Assembly: GCA_041662745.1 (NCBI GenBank)
Contig: JBAZRV010000004.1
Span: 90,001 to 122,000 of the forward strand
DNA length: 32,000 bases
Direction of reading: 5' to 3'
Origin: Patescibacteria group bacterium
GTDB taxonomy: Bacteria > Patescibacteriota > Patescibacteriia > 2-01-FULL-39-33
Shown: positions 24,805 to 32,000 of the stretch, in pieces
Layout: the number at the start of each line of letters is the position of its first letter
Numbering within the stretch: the stretch's first letter is position 1
The notes under the pieces: generated by a model
The model's database searches: none
Told to the model about the DNA's origin: nothing
The model's input: the letters and a program-made list of their open reading frames with translations, nothing else
Made by a program: the position numbers and the translations under genes

Positions 24805-24839
24805 ACGATTAAAGTGCTTAAAGGTGCTTTAAAATAAAA

Positions 24840-25052
24840 TTACTTTTTCTTTTTGGCTTTGGCGGCTTGCGATTTGATCTTAATCTTAATCGCCGTCCGG
24901 CCCTTATAATTACCACAAATACCACAAGCATGGTGAGGCATCACCGGTTTGCCGCATTGAGTGCACTTGGCTAAAGCTTTGGGCTTGAGCGCAAAATGAG
25001 ATGCTCGTTCCTTTTTTGATGTTTTGGTTCTTCGTTTGCTAGGTAAACCCAT
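24840..25052 (-). CDS. rpmF: 50S ribosomal protein L32 (70 aa)
   Basis: MGLPSKRRTKTSKKERASH followed by the zinc-ribbon cysteines CTQCGKP...CGICGNYKGR. Confidence 0.9.
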   Translation of the reverse strand: MGLPSKRRTKTSKKERASHFALKPKALAKCTQCGKPVMPHHACGICGNYKGRTAIKIKIKSQAAKAKKKK

Positions 25053-25213
25053 AAATTTGATTGAATGTTTTCCTGTCTCCGTCCGCCGATTATAACGGGC
25101 CGGATTAAGAATTCAGAAATTATTTGTTAGTTTTCTACACTTAGAGTAACATAATAACGAGAAAAAAGCAAATGTATAATAAAACCCGACACTGTGGCGC
25201 CGGGCTGAAAGAT

Positions 25214-25993
25214 CTAATGATTAAAAACAAAAACGGTTCCGAAATTGTGGCAATTATCGCCTAAACTTCCACCTTCACTGTTATCATCGGTGCGCAGATT
25301 GTTAACAGCCCAAACCAAAAAATTCGGTTCATGGCCGGGCGCCAGGCTAAACTTAATTCCCATTTCAGCAATTTGCCGGCCAACCGCCAATTTAACCTTG
25401 GCTCCGTCCTGACCCGCTCTGTGGGCATTGCCACCGGACACATATTCGTACAACTGATCGTAATTCTGCCGATTAATAACCCTGACATGGCCGTCATTAT
25501 CGCTAATGGCCGGCTGATCAATGCCCATAATCGCCATGCCGGGATAGAGCAGCTGACACAGTCGTAAAAAAAGATGGTCATTATCCGCAAGCTCCGATAA
25601 ATTCCTAATCTCTTCATTACTGACCACATCATTGGCATTAAAAATTGGCACCACCCCTTGGGTTAACGCCTCTTCAATCACTGTTTTAATAAAAGCGCTG
25701 TTTTTCTCAAAATCCCAATCAACCAAAAGCATTTGCGCCGCTTCCAAGCCATAGATTCCAAGATACTCAATATATTTGGCCATTAGCCGGGGCATGCCCA
25801 CAGCGGCGCGCAGATTGCCGGATCGAGTCGCATGCGGGTCGCTCTTGATTGCGCCGGAAGTCACCAAAAAAATCTCATGACCGATCGCTGTCAATTTGGC
25901 AATCTGTTGGCACAAATCAACCATGAACGGATAGTTTATGCCATTGCCCTTTTTAGTCAGAAGCGATGAGCCAACCTTAATGCCGATACGCAT
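25214..25993 (-). CDS. proB: Amino-acid kinase family protein, glutamate 5-kinase-like without PUA domain (259 aa)
   Basis: RIGIKVGSSLLT...FLVTSGAI matches the ProB N-terminal pattern. ATG at 25993 is preceded by AAGGAG. The C-terminal region is atypical and no proA is adjacent. Confidence 0.6.
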   Translation of the reverse strand: MRIGIKVGSSLLTKKGNGINYPFMVDLCQQIAKLTAIGHEIFLVTSGAIKSDPHATRSGNLRAAVGMPRLMAKYIEYLGIYGLEAAQMLLVDWDFEKNSAFIKTVIEEALTQGVVPIFNANDVVSNEEIRNLSELADNDHLFLRLCQLLYPGMAIMGIDQPAISDNDGHVRVINRQNYDQLYEYVSGGNAHRAGQDGAKVKLAVGRQIAEMGIKFSLAPGHEPNFLVWAVNNLRTDDNSEGGSLGDNCHNFGTVFVFNH

Positions 25994-26073
25994 GCATGTT
26001 CTCCTTATTGTCCTTGCCTCAATTTGAAAGTTCAATATGATTCATATCATTATAGTAAAATAAATAATATTTG

Positions 26074-26625
26074 TCAATAACCGAAAACCTGCGCCTCAAA
26101 AACGTACAGCTCGGTAGCCGGATCATCGTAAGCATCCGGCTCCAATCCGGCTTTATCCACACAGAGGTGTTGCAAAAACTCTTCCCGCGTCCAACCGGTT
26201 TCCTTGGCCACCTGCGGCAGAAAAACTCCGCTGCGGCCGTCGCGTTTGACTATTACGCCCTGCCGGCCCAATTCAATCTTACGCCAATCAGTTATCTTTT
26301 CCGGCCGGGATAAAACACTCACTTCATATTCCAATTCCGGCAACTCCTCCGCCTCAAGCGGCATAAAGCGCCAATCATGCGTCGCCGCCTCCACCGCCAT
26401 TTCTTTAACCGTCTGCCACAACGGCTTAGCCGCTTCAATCATACCGATACAGCCGCGCAATTCACCGCCCCGCCTTAGGGTGACAAACGCCCCTTCCGGT
26501 TCCGCCAAACGCCGATCAGTGTTGTTATATTCTTTAAATCCGACCCCGCCGATGCGTTCCTCCACCGCCGACCTGGCAATATCCAATAGATCTTTTTGCT
26601 GTTTTTTGCTGAGTAAGGCGATCAT
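26074..26625 (-). CDS. AMMECR1 domain protein (AmmeMemoRadiSam system protein A, 183 aa)
   Basis: GAFVTLRRGGELRGCIG is the AMMECR1 signature. There is a 4-nt ATGA overlap with the upstream radical SAM gene. Confidence 0.85.
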   Translation of the reverse strand: MIALLSKKQQKDLLDIARSAVEERIGGVGFKEYNNTDRRLAEPEGAFVTLRRGGELRGCIGMIEAAKPLWQTVKEMAVEAATHDWRFMPLEAEELPELEYEVSVLSRPEKITDWRKIELGRQGVIVKRDGRSGVFLPQVAKETGWTREEFLQHLCVDKAGLEPDAYDDPATELYVFEAQVFGY

Positions 26626-27500
26626 ATATAAATATTTTTCAAGCCGGCTTTAACGCCGATGCTTTTGGCTTTGGCAATGGCCTCCTGAGCCGTAGCGGGC
26701 AATTGTTTCAGTTTCCACGCCACCTCCGGAGAAAATCTAAGCAGATGCCAAGGCGTTTCCGCTCCCAATTCTCTAGCAATGAATTCAGCCAGATTTTTAA
26801 GCATGCTTTCTTCATCGGACAGGGTCGGCACGATAAGCGTAGTGATTTCCAGATGCACGCCGGCGGCTTTGACGGCCTGCAAATTTTCCAGCACCGGCTC
26901 CAATTTCGCCTGGCAAACCTTCAAATAAAATTCCGAATCATAAGACTTCAAATCAATATTGACAGCATCCAAGTGAGGCAAAACTTCCGCTAAGCATTCC
27001 GGCGACATATAACCGTTGGATACCCAGATGTTTTTTAATCCTCGTTCCCGCGCCAATTTCATAATGTCTAAGGCGTACTCGGCAAAGATCGTCGGTTCCG
27101 AATAAGTGTAAGAAATGGACGGACAGTCGTTTGCTATCGCCTGCGTCACGATTTGTTCCGGCGTAACCAGCGGCGGCGTTTCTAATAACTCCTTCCTGTC
27201 GCCAACCTGACTAATGTCGTAATTCTGGCAATTAGCGCAATGAAAATTACAACCGAAGGTCCCGAACGAATAAGTCATGGTGCCGGACATGAACCGCCTC
27301 AACGGCTTCTTTTCAATCGGATCAATGTTTATGGCTACGGGTCGACCGTAAGTGTAAGCGCGCAGTCGGCCGTCAATATTTTGCCGTACGCCGCAGCGGC
27401 CGAATCGGCTAGTGGCGATAATGCAATAATGGCAACACAGCCGGCAGATTAATCGTCCGTCTTCTTGTAGGGCATAAAATTTAGCTTCTTTGGGCGGCAT
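26622..27500 (-). CDS. AmmeMemoRadiSam system radical SAM enzyme (292 aa)
   Basis: CNFHCANCQN contains the CX3CX2C cluster motif. An N-terminal Cys-rich region is present, and the overall pattern resembles the pyruvate formate-lyase activase-like AmrS proteins. Confidence 0.85.
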   Translation of the reverse strand: MPPKEAKFYALQEDGRLICRLCCHYCIIATSRFGRCGVRQNIDGRLRAYTYGRPVAINIDPIEKKPLRRFMSGTMTYSFGTFGCNFHCANCQNYDISQVGDRKELLETPPLVTPEQIVTQAIANDCPSISYTYSEPTIFAEYALDIMKLARERGLKNIWVSNGYMSPECLAEVLPHLDAVNIDLKSYDSEFYLKVCQAKLEPVLENLQAVKAAGVHLEITTLIVPTLSDEESMLKNLAEFIARELGAETPWHLLRFSPEVAWKLKQLPATAQEAIAKAKSIGVKAGLKNIYI

Positions 27501-27710
27501 ACGGTTATGGCTTATGACTTCATTATATGATATTCCAACTATTTTTAGTAATTATCCTTGTGGTTTAAATTGTAAATATGACAATAACCAATCTTTTTGC
27601 CAAGCGACATTTTGCATTTTCGTCCAAAACGCAGACGCTAACTTTTAATACCAATAAAATACCTAAAATTAAACAAAAAAATATACAAAATAAATAAAAT
27701 AATACTAAAC

Positions 27711-27740
27711 TTGACATTTATGGCTAATATATGCTAAGGT
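27711..27740 (+). promoter_or_regulatory. Candidate promoter of the PP2C/kinase/hydrolase/vWA operon
   Basis: TTGACA (27711-27716), an 18-nt spacer, then TGcTAAGGT (extended -10, 27732-27740). It lies in a 260-bp AT-rich divergent intergenic region. Confidence 0.4.
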
Positions 27741-27797
27741 AGCAGGTTAGCTCATTACAATTTAATAATGAACAAACAATGGAAAGGAAGAACAAAC

Positions 27798-28682
27798 ATG
27801 CCTGATTTGGAAGTTGCAGCAGGATCAATTATTGGCCGGGATCATTTAGGTTCCGGCAATGTATTGCTGGGCAGGAATAATCAAGATGCTTATCATGTCT
27901 GCGCTGATCAACAAAGGGCAGTAGCGGTGATTTGCGATGGTTGCGGTTCCCAAAAACATTCGGAAGTGGGGGCCAATGAAGCCGCTCGATTTATTAGCGA
28001 GAGGATTTATCAATTATTGGCAACCCGTCAAGCTGTCAACACGTCGATCTCTTTACCTCTGACTCTGGGAGAACTGCGCCAAGAAATGTTGGCGGATATA
28101 AACCAACGAGTCAAACGCTTATCGCCTAACGGTGGCAAGACCAAAACGGTTAATGATTTTTATTTGTTTACGGTTATCGGCGCGGTGGTTGACGATGACG
28201 GCTGCAGCATCTTTGCTTTAGGTGATGGTTGCTATGCCATCAATGGCGAATTCCATCAACTGGGACCGTTTAACGATAATGAACCGCCTTATTTGGCTTA
28301 TGGTCTGACTGGCACAAAAAGCAAACCGCCAAACTCGCGAGATTGGATGTTTAGGGTGGAATCATACTGCCCATTGGATTTTTTCCAACATCTTTTAATC
28401 GGCAGTGATGGCGTAGTCAAATTGGAGGCCAGCGCCGAGAAAAAAGTTCCCGGCTTAAAACAACCGGTCGGACCGCTATCGCAATTCTGGGAAAACGACA
28501 AATACTTTGGTAATCCGGATGAAATCCGACGCTATTTAGCTCTGATCAATCGGCAATATGTTACACTGGGGTTGCCGGCCCGCGAGATTATTCGTGAACC
28601 GGGACTACTGCCCGATGACACGACTCTGGTGGTCATCCGCAAAAAACCGATCAAGGAGCAGAAATATGAATGTGACAATTGA
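27798..28682 (+). CDS. PP2C-family (PP2C_2 type) protein phosphatase (294 aa)
   Basis: GRDHLGSGNVLLGRNNQDAY, VAVICDGCGSQKHSEVGANEAA and LIGSDGV motifs. ATG at 27798 is preceded by GGAAAGGAAG, whereas the track start at 27768 has no Shine-Dalgarno sequence. Confidence 0.75.
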   Translation: MPDLEVAAGSIIGRDHLGSGNVLLGRNNQDAYHVCADQQRAVAVICDGCGSQKHSEVGANEAARFISERIYQLLATRQAVNTSISLPLTLGELRQEMLADINQRVKRLSPNGGKTKTVNDFYLFTVIGAVVDDDGCSIFALGDGCYAINGEFHQLGPFNDNEPPYLAYGLTGTKSKPPNSRDWMFRVESYCPLDFFQHLLIGSDGVVKLEASAEKKVPGLKQPVGPLSQFWENDKYFGNPDEIRRYLALINRQYVTLGLPAREIIREPGLLPDDTTLVVIRKKPIKEQKYECDN

Positions 28683-30534
28683 CGGCAAGAGATTTCGTTT
28701 GAATCCTCAAAATGCAATTGGCAAGGGCGGCGAAGCTGATGTTTACAGCATCGGCGGCGGCGAGGCCCTGAAAATTTTCAAGGGTCCGGATCATCCGGAT
28801 TTAAGCGGCTTTCCAGAATTGCAAAGACAAGCAAGGGATCGGATTGCCACCCATCAAGCCAAACTGCCCAACTTTCCTTCGGGACTGCCCGCGGCAGTGG
28901 TAAAACCACTCTCATTGGCTACTGATGCCAAGGATCAAATCATCGGCTATAAAATGCCGCTGATTTCCGGGGCTGAAGTTTTATTCAGATACGCGGACAC
29001 TGATTGGCGGCAAACCGGCGGCATTAAAGACAATGATGTCTTGAGCATATTTGCCGATCTGCATCCGACGGTCGACGGTATTCACCGAGTTGCGATAATT
29101 TCCGATTTCAACGACCTCAACGTGCTGATTCAAGGGAAGAAGGCTTTTATTATTGATGCCGACAGTATGAGTTTCGGCCGTTGGCTGTCGCCGATGTTCA
29201 CCGCTCGTTTTGTGGACCCGCTTTTGTGCGATCCGCAGAAAACTTCACCGCAACTTATTAAACCACACAACGAAAACAGCGATTGGTATGCTTTCTGTAT
29301 TATGTTGATGCAGGTACTGCTTTTTGCCGGACCGTATGACGGCGTCTACCGCCCCAAAGATTCGGCCAAGCGCCTGCCGCATGATCAAAGGCCGCTTAAG
29401 CGTATTACCGTTTTCAATCCGGAAGTCCGCTATCCCAAGAACGCCCGGCCATACAATACCTTGCCGGACGAATTGCTCCATCATTTTTCTATGGTATTTG
29501 AGAAAGACCAGCGCGGATCCTTCCCGCTTCGGTTAATCACCGACGCTCGTTTTACTACTTGCACTGCTTGCGGTTATACGCATATGCGTAATATCTGCCC
29601 TCATTGCCAACACACAGCCCCAGCCGCAGTCATTACCAAAATGACGGTCAAAGGCCAGGTTACGGCCACGCAGATTTTCCGCACTTCCGGCACAATCGTT
29701 TGTTCATCTGTGTTTAATAAAAGACTGTTTTATCTTTATCATGAAGCCGGAAAGTTTCGGCGGGAAGACGGTTCAAAAATCATTGAAGCTCCCTTGGATG
29801 CACAAACGCGCTATCGCCTCTCGCCGGAACTGACTTTGTTCGGCAAGGGCGGGATAATCAGAACGTTTAAAAACGGCTTAGAACAGGAAATTCTGGGCGT
29901 AGATTGCTTCAATGGCACCTTACCGGTTTTTGATGTAACGGAAAACGGCCGCTATTGGACTTACGGTGGAGAACTCTGGCGTGACGGCCAATACGCTCCG
30001 GAATTGATCGGCCAAACACTAAAAAATCAAACTTTGATTTGGGCCGGAAAAAAATTCGGTTTTGGCTTTTATCGAGCGGCGCAAGGCCTAGTGCATTTTA
30101 CCTTTGACGCCAAACAGCCCGCCATTAATGATAGTATCAGCCTGCCTAAACTGCCCGGACAACTACTGGATACGACTTGCGTTTTCGGCGATGACTTCTG
30201 TTGGTTTTTTACGGCCGTGCAAATGGCCGGAAAAATAATAAACACCGCATCACTGATAAATTCAAACGGCGACGTATTGGCGCATCAAGAGGAGGAAGCT
30301 AATGTCAGCAGTTGGTTAAGCTCTATTCGCGGTAAATTTCCTATCGGTCCGGTATTACTAGCGGCTACCGATGAAGGCATCGTACAAGTTAAGGAAAGCG
30401 GCGGCCGCATCCAAGCCACTAAAACCTTCCCGGACACAGAACCGTTTGTTAATAGTAAGATCAAGCTTTTCGGTTTGGCCGACGGCCTGTATGCCATCGG
30501 TAGAAACACTATCACTAAATTGGTAATCAAATAG
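28666..30534 (+). CDS. Atypical protein-kinase-like protein with zinc ribbon and beta-rich C-terminal domain (622 aa)
   Basis: ATG at 28666 is preceded by AAGGAG and overlaps the PP2C gene by 17 nt. IGKGGEADVY glycine loop, EALKIFK lysine, ISDFNDLNVL catalytic-loop-like segment, FIIDADS in the DFG position, the CTACGYTHMRNICPHCQH zinc ribbon, and a ~290-aa beta-strand-rich tail. Confidence 0.7.
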   Translation: MNVTIDGKRFRLNPQNAIGKGGEADVYSIGGGEALKIFKGPDHPDLSGFPELQRQARDRIATHQAKLPNFPSGLPAAVVKPLSLATDAKDQIIGYKMPLISGAEVLFRYADTDWRQTGGIKDNDVLSIFADLHPTVDGIHRVAIISDFNDLNVLIQGKKAFIIDADSMSFGRWLSPMFTARFVDPLLCDPQKTSPQLIKPHNENSDWYAFCIMLMQVLLFAGPYDGVYRPKDSAKRLPHDQRPLKRITVFNPEVRYPKNARPYNTLPDELLHHFSMVFEKDQRGSFPLRLITDARFTTCTACGYTHMRNICPHCQHTAPAAVITKMTVKGQVTATQIFRTSGTIVCSSVFNKRLFYLYHEAGKFRREDGSKIIEAPLDAQTRYRLSPELTLFGKGGIIRTFKNGLEQEILGVDCFNGTLPVFDVTENGRYWTYGGELWRDGQYAPELIGQTLKNQTLIWAGKKFGFGFYRAAQGLVHFTFDAKQPAINDSISLPKLPGQLLDTTCVFGDDFCWFFTAVQMAGKIINTASLINSNGDVLAHQEEEANVSSWLSSIRGKFPIGPVLLAATDEGIVQVKESGGRIQATKTFPDTEPFVNSKIKLFGLADGLYAIGRNTITKLVIK

Positions 30535-30554
30535 CAACCGCAAGGAGAATCATC

Positions 30555-31595
30555 ATGAGCTTCAAGCAACTGCCCCTGCCTTCGCACTATGCTCCCGACC
30601 AAAACTTTGACGAAAACTATTACCCTAACACCGCTCAGCTACTGCAACAGGCGGAAGAGTGGCGTAAAAAGCATGACGTCAAGCCGGCCGCCGGCGACAA
30701 ACGGCGCTTAACAGTTTTGAGTATCGACTGTCAAAACGATTTCACCTGGCTCAGCGGCGCTTTGCCGGTATTGGGCCGGTCGGGCAAGGGATCTATGGAA
30801 GCGCAACAACGCGGCGTGGAATGGGGCTACAGATATCTGCACATGATCACTAGCTGGAAAAACAGTATGGATTTCCATCCGCTCTTCCAGATGTCGTCGG
30901 TTACCGGCCACGTCCGTAAAGACGACGGCTCGCATCCTGTCGCCAATGTGCCGATTACCTTGGATGAGTACCGCCAGAATTATCGCCCCAATCCGGCCAT
31001 GTGCAAAATGCTGAGAGTTGATCCGCTTTGGTTGGAACGGCAATTCTTGTTCTACATTGAGGAGTTAGCCAAACACGGCAAACCACTGGAACCCTGGGGC
31101 TTGCACTGCCTGGCCGGCGACCGCGGCGCGGCGCTGACCGGAGGTGAAGAAGCATTCCGTCTCTTCCACGCTTTCGTGCGTGGCGCTCATAACACCGTAG
31201 AAGTCAAGGGTACCAGTCCTTTGACGGAACATTACTCCATCCTTCGTCCGCTGGTGATGCGTTTGTTTGATGGCCGGCCGATTCCCGGCGTACAAAAGAA
31301 CACGCTCCTGATCAATGACCTGGCTACCAGCGATGTTGTAGTAGCCAAGGGCTTGGCCTCCAGCCATTGCGTAGACGAGACCGTGAATGATTTCTTGACT
31401 GAAATTATGGCAATTGATCCGAAGTTGGTGGAAAAGGTATATATCATGCGCGACTGCACGGCGCCTGTGGTCATCCCAAATGTCGTTGATTTCACCGATA
31501 AAGCCGAGGCCGCTTTCGCCAAGTTTGAAGCGGCCGGAATGCATGTAGTGGAAAGCACCACGCCGATTGAGGATTGGCCCGGCATCAATTTGTAA
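30555..31595 (+). CDS. Isochorismatase/nicotinamidase-fold cysteine hydrolase-like protein (346 aa)
   Basis: LTVLSIDCQNDF supplies the catalytic Asp context, and VVVAKGLASSHCVDETVNDF supplies the nucleophile Cys context. ATG is preceded by AAGGAG, 20 nt after the kinase stop. The protein is longer than canonical family members. Confidence 0.6.
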   Translation: MSFKQLPLPSHYAPDQNFDENYYPNTAQLLQQAEEWRKKHDVKPAAGDKRRLTVLSIDCQNDFTWLSGALPVLGRSGKGSMEAQQRGVEWGYRYLHMITSWKNSMDFHPLFQMSSVTGHVRKDDGSHPVANVPITLDEYRQNYRPNPAMCKMLRVDPLWLERQFLFYIEELAKHGKPLEPWGLHCLAGDRGAALTGGEEAFRLFHAFVRGAHNTVEVKGTSPLTEHYSILRPLVMRLFDGRPIPGVQKNTLLINDLATSDVVVAKGLASSHCVDETVNDFLTEIMAIDPKLVEKVYIMRDCTAPVVIPNVVDFTDKAEAAFAKFEAAGMHVVESTTPIEDWPGINL

Positions 31596-31632
31596 AATTT
31601 TCTTGATTTTTTTGTGGAATATAAGTTACCAC

Positions 31633-31662
31633 GCGGAGGCGGCTAATTTTAGCCGCCTCCGC
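31633..31662 (+). promoter_or_regulatory. Perfect 30-nt palindrome (14-bp stem) between the hydrolase and vWA genes
   Basis: gcggaggcggctaa-tt-ttagccgcctccgc. No T-run follows it. It lies 34 nt upstream of the vWA start codon. Confidence 0.5.
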
Positions 31663-31695
31663 CCAACCCGTACAAACCACACAAGGAGAAAAATC

Positions 31696-32000
31696 ATGAG
31701 CCAATCAGCCAATGCCAAGGACCTTTTAACCAACGCTGCCAACGAAGGCGTAATCAGCGGTCTTTCCATACAAGCACTGAACTTGGTGGACATCGGTGGC
31801 GCCATTAATGCCGGCCTCGGCACCAAAGTGGACCTCAAAACTCCGGAAGTTCTTCTGAACGGGTTACTGATGGATGACTCCGGCTCAATCCGTTTTGTCG
31901 CCGGCAACACCGAGGCTGTGCGCCAAGGACACAACAGCGTCCTGGACGCCTTGGGAGATTCCAAGCAAAAGAACGGCATCGCCGTTACCTGCCGGTACCT
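31696..32000 (+). CDS. von Willebrand factor A (vWA) domain protein, 5' part only (runs off the window)
   Basis: Hand translation from ATG 31696 (preceded by AAGGAG): MSQSANAKDLLT...LLNGLLMDDSGSIRFVAGNTEAVRQGHNSVLDALG. DDSGS is the MIDAS DxSxS motif. The frame is open to the window end. Confidence 0.65.
   Translation, partial: MSQSANAKDLLTNAANEGVISGLSIQALNLVDIGGAINAGLGTKVDLKTPEVLLNGLLMDDSGSIRFVAGNTEAVRQGHNSVLDALGDSKQKNGIAVTCRY

Overview
This 32-kb window looks like a small-genome, moderately AT-rich bacterium. The gene content suggests a Patescibacteria/CPR-like organism, which is inference from content only. All protein calls come from motif recognition in the supplied translations; no searches were run.

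Housekeeping genes: ftsH, a CDP-alcohol phosphatidyltransferase, RNase J with a long basic N-terminal extension, a family-5 ABC substrate-binding protein, secG, ychF, an SPFH protein, deoC, pilT, rnc, nusB, rpmF, a proB-like kinase, and an AMMECR1 plus radical-SAM pair. There are five intact tRNAs: Leu-CAG, Lys-CUU, Arg-UCG, Leu-UAA and Gly-GCC. Many genes sit behind near-consensus TTGACA-N17-TATAAT-type promoters and stem-loop terminators.

Four things stand out:
1. At 27.7-32.0 kb there is a four-gene operon: PP2C phosphatase, zinc-ribbon atypical kinase, isochorismatase-fold hydrolase, and vWA protein. It resembles the vWA/PP2C/kinase (TerY-P type) triad but carries an extra enzyme.
2. Three paralogous structured RNAs are each grafted into a degenerate copy of a tRNA and sit immediately upstream of the intact tRNA of the same identity (Lys, Arg, Gly). 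Compensatory base changes between copies support the fold, and two of the loci are directly promoter-proximal.
3. A GC-richer three-gene operon at 13.7-17.2 kb encodes a PspA/IM30-like protein, a membrane-anchored hypothetical, and a 607-aa membrane-anchored coiled-coil protein. The last ends in a 36-bp tandem-repeat-encoded Ser/Gly/Trp tail.
4. Two compositional islands: a GC-rich orphan gene at 10.9-12.0 kb behind a perfect consensus promoter, and an AT-rich mini kinase-like gene beside the tRNA cluster at 21.3-21.8 kb.
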